Assembly: GCA_964016885.1 (NCBI GenBank)
Contig: OZ024748.1
Coordinates: 50,406,001-50,470,000, forward strand
From: Eledone cirrhosa
Taxonomy: Eukaryota
Length of the DNA: 64,000 nt
Direction: 5' to 3'
Part shown: one piece after another, positions 30,270-45,117 of the stretch
How the letters are laid out: every line of letters starts with the position of its first letter
Position numbering within the stretch: position 1 is the stretch's first letter
Translations under genes and position numbers: made by a program
The notes under the pieces: generated by a model
Database searches by the model: none
What the model was told of the DNA's origin: nothing
The model's input: the letters and a program-made list of their open reading frames with translations, nothing else

Positions 30270-31400
30270 TAGTCTTGAAGAGTATTTGGTTGGGGAGGCG
30301 CAAACTTGCGCAATCCTTACCAGGTCCATACATGATAACCTCTACCTCATGCGATACATAGGGAGTAAAGGTTGTCCCCTTGGCTTCTGATCAATTTAGA
30401 TCAATCGGAAGCTTTCGAGGGGGTCTATCATCGATAACTGGATGCTGTTCTCAAGGTAATTAACTTCGGCTCCGACTTCAGAGCTCTATCGCTGCTATGC
30501 ACAGAAGCATCTTCTCGGTGGTCAAAGTTAATGGCTATCTTTCGGAACCGTTTCAAATCTCCCGATAAGTCTGTCAAGGATGCTCTCTTTCTCCCTTCTG
30601 TAGGTATTGACCCTCCAGCATTTACTGTGGAAGTTGGAGCTGTTGCAGGATATCTCCCTCGAACCAGGACGTGGAAAGACTGTGTCGGCTTATGCGGACG
30701 ACATCACCGTAATGGTGTCCAACACATCGGATATCGAGGTGGTGGGCACCTGTTTGAAGGAATATGAAAGATTGACGGGTGCGAATATAAACCCAAAACA
30801 ATCAGTGGGCTTACACCTCGGCACCAGGAGAGGCAAGTCCACGACGTTCAATAACGTCGTAGGGGGATGGACGGATGGACAGGTAAAGATGTTCGAGGTC
30901 TGGTTCGGAACAAATCTCCAGGTAGATAAGAATTGTGACGAGGTTACGATCAGGGTAGCCACTCTCACCCAGAAATGGGCCGAGAGGTCGAGTGACGTCA
31001 TCTATTAACGCCTGATCGTCAGGCCTTGCCTCAGTTTGCGACTCACCAAATTAGAATCGCACCTTTTGAACTTCTTGTGGAGGAGACAGGTTCCATTAGT
31101 GAGGCGGTCCATCTGCTGCCAGCACCCTCTACCTGGGGAGCTGGGCCTGTCGTGGATAATGATGCGCAAACATGCGCTGAGGCCTCAGCATCTCCAGATA
31201 TTCTGTCTAAACGATGAACAGGTGTAGTCATCGCTTGTGAGACTGGCGTTTCTGCAGTTCGTCTCTTTGACTGAGCTGCAGTCCTGGGTCAAGAAGAGAT
31301 CAAGAATGGTTGCTTGGCATCTGGAAAGTTGCCAGGCACTCACTACCATCTACCAGTTGGATAATCAGTTCAGTGGAACTTCTACTCTTGATTTTGTTCT
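30270..31400 (+). pseudogene. Decayed Tx1/L1-clade LINE ORF2 (RT) fragment
   Basis: QTCAILTRSIHDNL, LINLDQSEAFE, QGCSLSP, SAYADDITV, YERLTGANIN, NFLWRR...GELGL; contains stops and frameshifts. Confidence 0.88.
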
Positions 31401-31812
31401 CTTTATAGAAGGGGTAAACACACATTCGACACATTTGAAACCTAAATTACCCCCCCCCCCCCTCCCACACGTTAAAACTGAAATCAGTCGCATTAGTTTG
31501 AATAGTAAGAACACCTATTTTTAATAAATTCAATTGAATTCTTGACCTGTTGAACCTCACCTCCACCTTCACCACACCAGCTTCTTAAAGAAAATATATA
31601 TAAGAAGAAATTGTGACAGAAACCTCAAATAATCACTGGATACATTAAAAAATATTTTTTTAAATATTTAATATTTAGTATCTAATATTTGATAAGACTG
31701 TAATACTAATATTTAATGTACCAATTATATAATTATTCATTTTGTCGGATTAAAAAAAAATCTTTAAATATACTTCCGTGCAGATTTTCATCTTCACTTT
31801 TTACATATACAG

Positions 31813-31992
<180 letters not shown>

Positions 31993-32656
31993 AAATATAT
32001 ATATATATATGGATACTTGATAGTTGTCATAGTAGATTTGTATATCTGGAATAATCCTTTTAATTGAGTTCTGTGAACCATACTATTTTTAGTCAGTATT
32101 TTCTACACCCTGGTGATTTCTGTCCCTTGTAATTTGAACACATATAGTTATATATCTGTGTTCATCTCTCTTTACTGTGTTATGAGTCTCGGAAAATATT
32201 TTCCTTGAACTAATTTGATTATAAGGGACTATTGTGAGTTTTAACTCAATATATATATTTGATAAATTGAGCTTCTATGCTTTTGTTGAGCTTTTACTAT
32301 ATCGGATGGTCTGGCTGCTATTTTTTCTAATAGCCTTATATTCTATTCGATCCGATTGGCATACGATATCCATGTGCTTTCTCTCGTTTGCGTTATTTAG
32401 TCTTCTAAGAAATTTAGTAGTGAGGGATATACTGGTTGAGAAGTCTCCATTGAGAAGCATCGGACCAGTTAATCTCTTCACTGAATTGCGAAACATTTCT
32501 AACCCGAAAGCTGCCTAGATACTTGAGAGTTGTCAACCATCTTTAGTCAATATTTTCTTCACCCAGGTGGTTTCTGTCCCTTAGGATTTGAACGCATATA
32601 GTTATATATCTGTGTTCGTCTCTCTTGACTGCGTCATATCTCTCTCTCTATATATA

Positions 32657-32800
32657 GGATTTTAGTCCAGAATTAGCCGTCGAAACGGCTTGAGCTCAGC
32701 CGTCGGGGTCCTACTCGTTCCTATTACCCACTCTACTACCCTAAGTATTGAGTACTTTGGTCGTTATGGTCCACCTGGTTCCTTACCACATTTCCTTCGT
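32657..32800 (+). mobile_element. 5'-truncated family B 3' end between (TA)n tracts
   Basis: Near-identical to the reverse complement of 19584-19724; retains only the HHR 3' half. Confidence 0.85.
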
Positions 32801-33718
32801 TATATATATATATAGTGAGATAGCTAGATAGACAGCTATTTATATTGATCGGATTGTCAAGGCACAGAGAAATAAAATAGATTCCGTTGTATATATAACT
32901 TTATAATTTTATATAATGAATAAAGTGCACTTACAAATGTATCAGATTCCAAAGACGATCAACAAGACATTCATGTATGAATCAGAAAAGCAAACAGATG
33001 TCATTTGAGGAAAGTACAATTCGTTAGAAGAGTCAGAAAAATTAAATGATAGGCCTAATACATGATATTATGGATTAAAAGAATAGGGAATGTTGCTGAA
33101 TATTGTTAAAATATAAACATGAAAATAAATTCTACATCTTCCATCTTACCACGTGTTGTGTTCACAGGCGATCTTCAGAATAGTATTTATTTCGACAAAA
33201 CGTGTTTTAATGTAAGACTGAAAATTATCAGGAATATATAAAAGAAAAACTAATTTGACAGGCTCCATTGTCTATTAGGAACATTTTTGAGGAAATACAT
33301 TCTAGAGAAGACGAGAAAAATGTCTCCCGATTTTAGCTAAATATCTATAACATCTTCAGAAATAAAAAAAATATATAAGCAAACTAAGAAGACAAACAAA
33401 TGATAAATGAATAAGTAAACGTGTAAATGGAATTTGAAATAATGAAATAAATGAATTTACAATAGATAAATAAGTAATGATAGCAATAAAAATTAAAACA
33501 CGCTTACGAAATAACAACATAACAGAATATTTAAAAGAAAGTGGAGAAACTTCTAATGAAATGAATTCAAACGAAATGAGTAAAACCAATAAAAAAATAA
33601 AACACGCACACCTACGTACATACATGCTTGAATATATATCATATCTCTCTCTCTTTCTATATATATATATATATATACTGAAATCCTGAAATATCTTTTA
33701 TTCTAATATACATTATAT

Positions 33719-33784
<66 letters not shown>

Positions 33785-33797
33785 ATATATATCTATG

Positions 33798-33839
<42 letters not shown>

Positions 33840-33991
33840 CTGTGTGTGTGTGTGTGGGGGGGGGGTAAGTGTGTGTGTATGTATGTTTATATATATGTAT
33901 GCATTTATATACACTATACACATATATATATAAACATACATACACACACAAACTTACACACACACCCACACACACATACACACACAGACAC

Positions 33992-34060
<69 letters not shown>

Positions 34061-34319
34061 TACATCACATAAATATATATGTATATATAGATGTATATAT
34101 GTATATATGAATGTATATTAGAACAAAAGAGATTTCAGGATTATAAAGGAAATTGGATATACTGTAATAGAATGTAATAAGATGTTGTAATGCAATATAA
34201 AAAGTAGAAATAGGAATTAAAAACGAATAGAAAAAGCGAAATATTTTGTAAGAGTTGGAAGCACAGCAGTGATAAATTAAAGGAAGTGAGAAAGGATTTA
34301 CTGTAATTAAAAGAATACA

Positions 34320-34405
<86 letters not shown>

Positions 34406-34620
34406 TCATCAACAATAACAACAACAACAACAGCAGCAGCAACGCGCAAATGAAACAATGACAATAATGAATCAACAAGAAAGCCAATGAGAAGACATTG
34501 TAAACCGAAAAAATAATTGTCAGTAAATAATATCTATCTATCTGTCACTCTTTATATATGTAGTATATATATATATATTATACGCAAGCAAACACAAACA
34601 CTCACATTATATATGTGTAT

Positions 34621-34661
<41 letters not shown>

Positions 34662-35078
34662 AACGGAAAAAATGAAACGAAATTTCATTTCTCACTCTTA
34701 GTACGGCTGTTACTTAAATATAAGTATGTATACGTACATACATATATTTATACAGACGTACAGTAGTATGTATATATATACATACATGCACATATATATA
34801 TATATGTGTACGTATGGATTCACCGAATATTTATTATAATGCTCGGTGTGTTTGTAAACAAAATATAAACGTATACATACTTATATATATATATATATAA
34901 AGAGAGATATATAGAGATGGATATAATCCAGACAGCGGCGCTAATCGTTCATTCTTATAAGCATCTTTACACCTATTTTGCATCTCCCCATGCATTGAGT
35001 ACTTCCAAGCTGTTGTCTCTTAGATCTCAGCATCGCAGGTCTTTTTTATTCCCTCTCTTTTTCTCTCTTTATATGCAG

Positions 35079-35180
35079 GATATCAACAGATAAAATGTCA
35101 AGGAATACAATGCTCAATCTCTTGCAAGAGAGCTTATTTAATGTAAAGGGAGATAACTTTGTTCAAGCTCTCGATCAGAG
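35079..35180 (+). CDS. Candidate internal coding exon (phase 2-2, 102 bp, GC donor)
   Basis: Long pyrimidine tract plus cag| acceptor, AG|gcaagt donor, open frame [34 protein letters not shown]. Protein not recognised. Confidence 0.4.
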
Positions 35181-35255
35181 GCAAGTATTGAAGCAGCTCC
35201 TACCCTATGCAGTGGTGGCCATAACTGGACCTCGAACCCTAAGGCCATGCATACC

Positions 35256-35333
<78 letters not shown>

Positions 35334-35409
35334 CACATATATATATACACATATATATACACATATATATACACATATATATACACACACACACATATAT
35401 ATATATATG

Positions 35410-35505
<96 letters not shown>

Positions 35506-35629
35506 CATATATATATGTATATATATATATATATATAGACCGTATTTTTACTCCAATTATTTGTTGAGTGCTTTATATCAGTTATAAAAATATTTGCTTG
35601 TTGTATCCCAACAATTTAAATAGAACTTC

Positions 35630-35716
<87 letters not shown>

Positions 35717-35739
35717 GTATGTATATAGAAAATATACCC

Positions 35740-36240
35740 CCAGGTTGCTGTGGCCTTTGGCAAGTATTCATAGTTGGTGTACACGTGTGGTCGCCTTTTG
35801 ACAAACACGTCCTTCCGCAGTCCGTCTCTTTGAGTGCATGCAGTCTCGGGTGTCGCGGTAACCGAGAAAGAGCGCCCCACAAATGGAATATTATCTGGTA
35901 CTTACAGCCGTCTATCAGTTTGCAATGGGTTTAATAGTAATTCCATCTTTTTAAATATATCTGTATGGGAGGAATGTGATCAAGTGCGACGAAATTCTTG
36001 GAGAAAGACTAGTAAAATCCAGACCACTTTCGGCCACAGTTTTGTTGAAGAATTCCAGAAATCGTGACCAAGGCAATCCTCCCGAGGGTTGGGAGTCACT
36101 GTATGGTTCGAAGCAATTTATGCAAAGACTGAAGATGTGCGTATCCGAGATGTAAGGAGAGCGATATACATATTCTGCACAAGCTCTACCAGAATCAGTC
36201 TATCCTTGACTTGTGGAGTATTTCCGAGCAGCTACTCAAC
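35740..36240 (+). pseudogene. Second, more decayed Tx1/L1-like ORF2 3' fragment
   Basis: cagtccgtctctttgagtgcatgcagtc is homologous to cagttcgtctctttgactgagctgcagtc at ~31255. Downstream there is a degenerate zinc-knuckle-like YPRCKESDIHILH. Confidence 0.6.
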
Positions 36241-36875
36241 TTGAATAGTTTCCCGCCACAAAGTTTTAGCAGCAACAGGTTTGCAGCTTTTCTCTGTAAC
36301 ATAGCTTCAATGAAATATTTATGTGGTAGTCGATGTTTAAAGAACAAAATTCAGGCTAATTGCTTTTCGAACAATCGCTAATTATCCCTTATTTGTCAAT
36401 CTCGAAAGGATGAAACGAAAATTTGACTTCGTTGGGAATTGAACTCAGAACAGCAGATAAACAGAGCCAATGACGTAAACCCATCTATCCATTGTTTAAT
36501 AATTGTCAATTCAAAGAAAAAGCGATCAAGTACATAATTTTATTGATTGTCGACTTGCTATTTGTTGAATTCACAATTCTAAAAAGCATCCATGGCTTCT
36601 GTAGGAGACCTTGACCCAGTCATCTGAGAAACGTACGTAACTGTTTGATAACCAATATATGCATGCAAACGAAATTTCATCGTTATATATACACTAGACT
36701 ACCCATTTGGCTATTTATGAAGGTACCCGGAAAAAACCCCGTATCTCAGGCACCCGTGATCTGATTTACGCGAAACTTGTTTTATTCCATCATGCTGGGG
36801 CACCGCCAATGTGTGTGTTTATGTCTATCTATCTATCTATCTATCTCTCTCTATATATATATAATATATATATAT

Positions 36876-37107
36876 GTTAACTTTGCCTTTCATTCTTACG
36901 GGGCCGATAAAATAAAGTACCAGTAATGCACTGGGTAATTGCTATAGCAATTACCCAGTGCATTACTGGTACTTTATTTTATCGACCCCGTAAGGATGAA
37001 AGGCAAAGTTAACCTTGGCGAGATGTGAACTCAGTCCGTAAAGAGACGTAACTCTATGCTGAAAGCATGGTGTCAAACTCTCTACCAATACTGCCAATCC
37101 ACCGCCC
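36876..37107 (-). mobile_element. SINE family 1 copy whose 3' part is replaced by a zero-spacer fold-back
   Basis: 69-bp arms 36876-36944 / 36945-37013 with 2 mismatches, centre gcta|tagc. Confidence 0.9.
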
Positions 37108-37619
37108 ATATATATAATGTCGGTGCCCCAGCACGGCCTCAGCCTGTCGGCTGGAACACGTACAAGAGATATTAGAGAAATATATGTGTGTATATATATA
37201 TATATGAATATGTGATGAAAAGTATCTCAACAACAACTACAACAACAACAACAACATATAACAACCAATATCGACAATTATAACACATTAACAATGATAA
37301 TAGGTGCAAACATGTAAATCAAGAAAAAAATAAATAAAAAACGTAGAAAACTTGAAAAAAAAAATAAGATTAATAATAACAAGACTAAGAAGAAAGAATA
37401 CTCCATCACTACCACCACGACGACCAACAACAACAATAACAACAAGAAAACAGCTCCCATAAGAACTTGAAAATGAAAATAATCGTATTAATAATAACAA
37501 TTATCTCACAGTAAAGCAATTACAATAATTCCAACAGTAACAAAAAAATATAGCAAAAAACATAAACTGCATGACAACAAACTATTTTAAACACCATGAA
37601 ACAATGGCAGCAATAATAA

Positions 37620-37698
37620 AATAATGATGATAAGTTTGATGATGTTGATGGCGATGATGATGTTGATGATGTTGATGATATTGATGATGTTGATGATG

Positions 37699-37742
<44 letters not shown>

Positions 37743-37772
37743 GATGGTGATGATGGTGAGGATGATGATGAC
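37620..37772. repeat. (GAT)n trinucleotide repeat
   Basis: Directly visible; produces the poly-M/H/S pseudo-ORFs. Confidence 0.95.
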
Positions 37773-37809
37773 GATAAAAATAATAACAAAAATTACGAAA
37801 ATGATATAC

Positions 37810-37854
<45 letters not shown>

Positions 37855-38041
37855 AAATCATATATATAAACAAAAAATATTTTCGTGAAAAATGAAAATT
37901 ACTAGAATGTTTCAAATCATATTGGTTCTTCACTCTAATGACAAACACACACACACATATATATATATATACATATACATAAGTGTAAGTGTGTGAGTGT
38001 GTGTGTATAAATATATATACATGTGTATATATATAAATATA

Positions 38042-38101
<60 letters not shown>

Positions 38102-38481
38102 TTTGTGTATGTGTATCGATGTATATATATATACATGTGTGTGTTTGTGTGAATGTGTGTGTGTTTGTGTGAATATGTGTGTGTGTGCGTGTGTGTATGT
38201 GTGTGGGCATAGGCGTGTGTATATATGTATTTCTTTTGTTGTAAACGTACGAAAATCTAAATAAATAACAGCAATAATTTAAATCTAATTTTAATTGTTT
38301 TCATAGAAGCTGTACAAAGGCGTTGAAAGTGTAGCGAAAAAACTATACATTTATACATACATGTACCCACGTACACATACACAAATATATATATATATAT
38401 ATCAATATACATATATATTTATATATATACATGTGTGTATGTGTACGTGTATGTATAAATGTACATACACACATGTGTATA

Positions 38482-38566
<85 letters not shown>

Positions 38567-38994
38567 TCCATTGTTCGATTTGTATGAATATGTATTTATA
38601 TATATATAAATATATAATAAAGAACAGATTATCAATGAAATAAAAACTACAGACGCAATTAAACAATGTAGAAATTAAAATATATAATCTCCCAAAGAAA
38701 ACACCAAACCTAATTTGTTTTTCTGTCTTTTGTTATAGGTTCTACATAAATTAATGGCGAACATCTTACAGTTGAAACAGAGAAGAAATCATAGAGAGAG
38801 CTGGATGTCAGGAAGACCGTGAGGGAGGGAGTTGTAAGGAATGAGAGAGAGGGAAAGCGATACAGTGATAGAGAGAGAGGGGGAGGATGAGGAGGAGAAG
38901 AAGGATGAGGAGAGACAATGTGAGGGTGAGATGTGAAAACAATAGATTATATTAGAAAGACGTGGTGAGGTGAAATAGGTGTGTGAGAGACAGA

Positions 38995-39039
<45 letters not shown>

Positions 39040-39127
39040 AGCAAAGGAGAGAGAGAGCAAGATAGAGGACAAGAGAGCAAGAGAGAGAGAGAGTAAGAGT
39101 GAGTGAGAGAGAAAGAGAGCAAGAGAG

Positions 39128-39161
<34 letters not shown>

Positions 39162-40105
39162 AGGGAGCAGGAGAGAGAGAAAGCAAGAGAGAGATATAGA
39201 GAGAGAGGGGGCAGAGAGGTAACTATCTATCTATCTCTCTCTAATTCTGTGTATCTGTATGTATGTGTGTGTCTATGTATGTGTGTGTCTATGGATGTGT
39301 GTGTATGTGTGTGTATGTGCATGTGTGCATGTGTGTATATGTGTATGTGTGCATGTGTGAGTATGCGTAAATGTGTGTGTATGTGTGTGTGTATATGTAT
39401 GTGTATGTATGTGTGTATGCATTTGTGCATGTGTGTGTGAGTAAGTGTGTATGTATGCGTGTATGTGTGTATGTGTGTATGTGTGTATGCGTGTGTATAT
39501 GTGTATGTGTATGCGTCTATGTGTATGTGGGTGTGTGTATATGTATGTATGTATGTGTGCGTGTATGTGTGTGTATATGTGTATGTGCCTATGTGTATGT
39601 GTGTGTGTGTGTGGATTTGTTTGTGTGTGTATGTTTGTGTGTATGTGTGAGTGTGTGTATGTGTATGTGTGTGTATGTGTATGTGTGTGTATGTGTGTGT
39701 ATGTGAGTGTATGTGTGTGTATGTGTGTGTATGTGTGTGTATGTGTACGTGTATGTATGTGTGTGTGTGTATGTGTGTGTGTGTGGATTTGTTTGTGTTT
39801 GTGTGTTTGTGTGTATGTGTGTGTGTGTGTATGTGTGTGTATGTGTATGTGTGTGTGTATGTGTGTGTGTGTGAGTGTATGTGTGTGTGTGGATTTTTGT
39901 GTGTGTGTGTCTGTTTGTGCGTATGTGTATGTGTGTGTGTGTATGCGTGTGTGTGTATGTTTATGTGCATGCACCTGTGGCTGTGTATAAGAAAGACATT
40001 CAGAGATGGTAAAATAAGAAAGTGAAGAAAATATGAGAGAAATGGAGTAAAGAGAGTGGAGGGGAGGGGGTTTAGAAAGGGAGAGAAATAAGCAGAGATA
40101 GAGAT

Positions 40106-40156
<51 letters not shown>

Positions 40157-40420
40157 AAGAGAGAGAGAAAGAGAGAGAGAGTGGGGGAGGGAGAGAGAAT
40201 AAGTGAGAGAGAGAGTATGTAAGAGAGAAAAAGGGAGAGTAAGAAAGCGAGAGTAAGAGAGAGTAAGATGTAGAGAGGGGGATTGAGAGAGAAAGACAGA
40301 CAGATAGACAGACAGTGAGAGATAAAGCATTGCAAGTGGAAGAAAGAGAGAGAAAGGGAGGGGAGATAGATAGTGAGAGAGAGAGAGGGAGTGAGGGGGA
40401 GAGAAAGAGAGAGGGGAGGA
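38995..40420. repeat. Degenerate (GA)n-(GT/GTAT)n-(GA)n low-complexity block
   Basis: Directly visible; source of the 367-aa and 387-aa pseudo-ORFs. Confidence 0.93.
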
Positions 40421-40442
40421 ATGAGTTTGTGAGCAATAGAGA

Positions 40443-40616
40443 TAATTGTTTCTACTTTTGGCACAGGGTATTACTGGTACTTTATTTTATCGACCCCGGA
40501 AGGATGAAAGGCAAAGTTAACTTCGGAGGGATTTTGAACTCAGATCATAAAGGGAGGTAACTCTATGCTTCAAAGCATGGCGTCCGACCCTCTACCGATA
40601 CTGCCAATACACCGCT
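40443..40616 (-). mobile_element. SINE family 1 with 9-bp TSD
   Basis: TSD agagataat at 40438-40446 and 40621-40629. Confidence 0.9.
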
Positions 40617-40820
40617 CTTGAGAGATAATGTGATCGAGTAAGAGAGATTGAATGAGTGAGACAAAACGTAAGTGAGAGTGGCAAGTTCAGATGATGAAGA
40701 AGAAAAAGTGAAGGAGCAAGTGAAATATAGATAGAGACATAGAAAGAAAGAGAGATGGGATAAAGTGGAGAGAGACAGTCTTCTTCTGTCACACTGTATC
40801 TATAGAATCTATACACGTTT

Positions 40821-40863
<43 letters not shown>

Positions 40864-41216
40864 TAAAATAACAGATTAAAGTTTAAGCATAGAATCGCTG
40901 CTTTCACCCTTAACGGGATCTTCTGAAACTAACAAAGTCAATCTATAAACGCAGAACTGGATATTTCAAAAAACGTTGCAACCGGAGGAAGACAGGAAGA
41001 CGATACTTTGGTTCGTGGAAAAGTTCGCTGGCAAAGAACGGGAAAACACGAATAATACGTCATTAATAGGAGCGGTGAAAAACAATTACGCGCAAAGACA
41101 GAACCACGTTTATGGTATAAAAGAGGTCGTAGACTAATGTTCTCTTAGGTGGTTCATAGAGACGTTCTCTGGCAATGAACGAGAAAAACGAAGATAATAC
41201 GTCATATGATAATACG

Positions 41217-41304
<88 letters not shown>

Positions 41305-41379
41305 CATATATATATATATATGAGTGTGTTCTGTTATTAATTCTGGCAATATTACGCAAATATGACCCTCCCCAAATAT

Positions 41380-41431
<52 letters not shown>

Positions 41432-41482
41432 GTGTGTATATATATGCATATATATAGGTGTATGACTAGATGTATGTACGTA

Positions 41483-41565
<83 letters not shown>

Positions 41566-41717
41566 GTGTTAAACGATATTCAATGATTATGTCAACGAAT
41601 GAGTTTTACAGTAGATTGGAAGCACTCTACGAAAAATAATTTTTCGGAGTTATTAATATTAAAATATAACTATTAATAAAATAGATGTTCTTTTGATCAA
41701 TTATATTTTATTATTTA

Positions 41718-42772
41718 CTAGCAGTAAAGCCCGGCGTTGCTCGGGGTCGCTCAGTAGCTGTGTTAAAGTTACAATGTTAAGTTTCTTTTTTGGCTTAAAA
41801 ACTGTAGTGTCTACTGTGCAGACTTGCATGTGGTGTTTTTGATTAATATTCCCTCAACCAACAATATGCCTTATGAAGTTAAGAAAACATAACGATAACC
41901 CGAATGTTATAACAAAAGAGGATGCTGGGGATAAAAACTGCACTGGTTATTTATTAACAAAGATCGAAAATGTAAACACTGCAACGCAGAGAAAAACATT
42001 AGCGTAACCAAATTATCAGTTATGTCTGTCTACACGCCTATATCACCTCTCTGCATGATTGTCTGTCTGCACGCCTATATCACCTCTCTGCACGACTGTC
42101 TGTCTGCACGCCTATATCACCTCTCTGCACGACTATCTGTCTGCACGCGTATATCACCTCTCTGCACGACTGTCTGTCTGCACGCGTATATCACCTCTCT
42201 GCACGACTGTCTGTCTGCACGACTGTCTGTCTGCACGACTGTCTGTCTGCACGCCTAACGAAATTTACAGATACATATATTTTAAATAAACTTATATAAT
42301 TTTTGCTTTTTTTTACGAAATTTTTGCTTGTTTTAAGTAGTTTTTAAATAGACTTGTTTTCAAGTAAAAATATTGTTTTAAAAGGCTTTTAAATGGAAAT
42401 GAAGCAAAACGGAAGCCTAGTGTTCGAACTGATGAATTTTGCAGGTCAAAATTTTGCTGGCTCGACAACTGTTCGTGTATTGTGTTAATGTCATTTTAAA
42501 CGCTGAGAAAGCCAGCGTAATTTTTTTAATTTTTGCACGCAGACGCTCAGAACAAAGGGAAATAACTCGTCACTTACGCTCAAAAATCGATACATTAGAT
42601 TCGATTTCGTCACATAGGGTGGGTCAATTTGAAATATTTTTTTTCCGATGTCTTCGCTAGGGCTCAATGTACAAGTATAGCAATTTCGGTGCAATTCCGT
42701 CAGAGATTCTAAGAGGAGATGTGTGCCAAAAATCGATAGACAGACAGACAACCACAGCTTTATATATATAGA
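41718..42772 (-). mobile_element. Non-autonomous Helitron
   Basis: Minus strand starts A|TCTATATATATAAAG and ends with a cccgagcaacgccggg hairpin plus CTAG|T. No TSD. Internal (GTCT)n and a minisatellite. Confidence 0.85.
42022..42256. repeat. Minisatellite (~37-bp unit ctgtctgtctgcacgcctatatcacctctctgcacga) inside the Helitron
   Basis: About 5 full units plus shorter subunits. Confidence 0.92.
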
Positions 42773-42841
42773 TTATACATAATTCGGATGATTAAATCTT
42801 AACCATTTAACATCTCAGGGTATGTCATGTATCATTATATT

Positions 42842-42889
42842 TTGTCTGATGAGTACGTATTGTTGTACATCCGAAATATGTATAATAAC
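42842..42889 (+). ncRNA. Degenerate HHR motif related to family A
   Basis: ttgt-CTGATGA-gtacgtattgttgtacatcc-GAA-ATATGTAT-A-ataa. Confidence 0.55.
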
Positions 42890-42931
42890 ATGTAATTGAT
42901 CAAAAGAACATCTATTTCATTAATATTTATA

Positions 42932-42976
<45 letters not shown>

Positions 42977-43259
42977 GTGTTTATAACAGGTTCTATGTTC
43001 AGGGTATCATTGAGTGTATATATAATTGTTAGTGTTACATATCCCATGATATTTTTGTTCTTATAGTTAAATGTATTAATTGTAGATATAACACCTGTTA
43101 ACTAAATTCTGTTTATCCATTTACTCAGCTCACGATTTATATTGTGTGAACATACCCCCAACCCTATAGAGAAGGAAGCGTTTATTTATACACATATGTA
43201 TATATATATATGTGTGTGCGATTGTGTGTCTGTTTGTGTATATATATATTATGTATATA

Positions 43260-43371
<112 letters not shown>

Positions 43372-43827
43372 CTTATATACATACATATATACATATATAT
43401 ACATATATGTATATACATAATATATATATATACAGACACACACAGACACACACACACATATATATATATATGTGTGTATATATATGTATGTATGTATATT
43501 AGATTACATATATACGACAGGAAAGAATGAAGCAAATACCTGATAATATTATTAGTGCTAAGTGGTACTGGGTAATGTGATAATGTTCATACATTTCTAT
43601 ATTTAATTTGCTAACAGCATTAATGAGCAAAGCAACAATCAAACTCACACACATACACACAGAGATATACACACACGCACACACACACACACAGACAGAG
43701 ATTCATACACACACACGTCCACAAACACAAACACACACTTATGCAAAGAAACACTTATACAAAGAAACACATACTCAACTACATGTAAGTATGTAGAAAG
43801 AGATAAATACATACATGTTTACATACT

Positions 43828-43959
43828 TACATGTATATATATATATATATATATATAGATACATGTATATATAAATACGAATGTTGATGCATACATCTGT
43901 ATATAGATAGATGTATTTATATATATATATATATAGGCATATGTATATAAATATAGATA

Positions 43960-44011
<52 letters not shown>

Positions 44012-44071
44012 TATATGTATATATATATAGGTATATGTATATATATAGGTATATGTATATATATATAGATA

Positions 44072-44141
<70 letters not shown>

Positions 44142-44183
44142 TATCTATATATATATACATATACCTATATATATATACATATA

Positions 44184-44265
<82 letters not shown>

Positions 44266-44361
44266 TATCTATATTTATATACATATGCCTATATATATAT
44301 AAATACATCTATCTATATACAGATGTATGCATCAACATTCGTATTTATATATACATGTATC

Positions 44362-44394
<33 letters not shown>

Positions 44395-44445
44395 ATCTGT
44401 ATCTATAAATATATACATCTATCTATATATATATATATACATATA

Positions 44446-44481
<36 letters not shown>

Positions 44482-44545
44482 TATATGTATATATATATAT
44501 AGATAGATGTATATATTTATAGATACAGATACATACATGTATATA
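43828..44545. repeat. Iterated inverted duplications centred on (TA)n
   Basis: aatacgaatgttgatgcatac (~43873) is mirrored at ~44323-44345. A second palindrome spans 44386-44545, and a diverged third copy lies at ~44640-44760. Confidence 0.85.
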
Positions 44546-45117
44546 TAGATACTTGTGTAGATATATACATATATCTATATATACATGTTTCTATAGATAC
44601 ATGTATATATAGATACATGTGTAGATATATACATGTATCTATAGATACATGTATATATAAATACGAATGTGAATACATACATCTGTATATAGATAGATTT
44701 ATATATATATATAGGTATATGTATATATATATAGATAGATGTATATATATAGATACAAATACAAACATGTATATATATACTTGTGTATATATATACATGT
44801 TTCTATATATACATATTTCTATAGATACATGTATATATAGATACTTGTGTAGATATATACATATATCTATATATACATGTTTCTATAGATACATGTATCT
44901 ATAGATACATGTGTAGATATATACATGTATCTATAGATACATGCCTGATTTATGCGATTAGTTAATTTTTGCAAGCAATCATTGTAATGTCTCGCACAGT
45001 GGCGTCTTAAAATTGATATGATAATCAGTATTAGGTTTATACTGGGGATTCATTTGTAGAGAATTAATTTCAAATAACTTGATTTTCTTTATTGATACAT
45101 AGATATATATACATACA

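Noticed and set aside
42022-42256. Regularly spaced ~37-bp repeats resembling a CRISPR array
   Set aside because: Head-to-tail units without unique spacers, inside a Helitron in a eukaryotic context.
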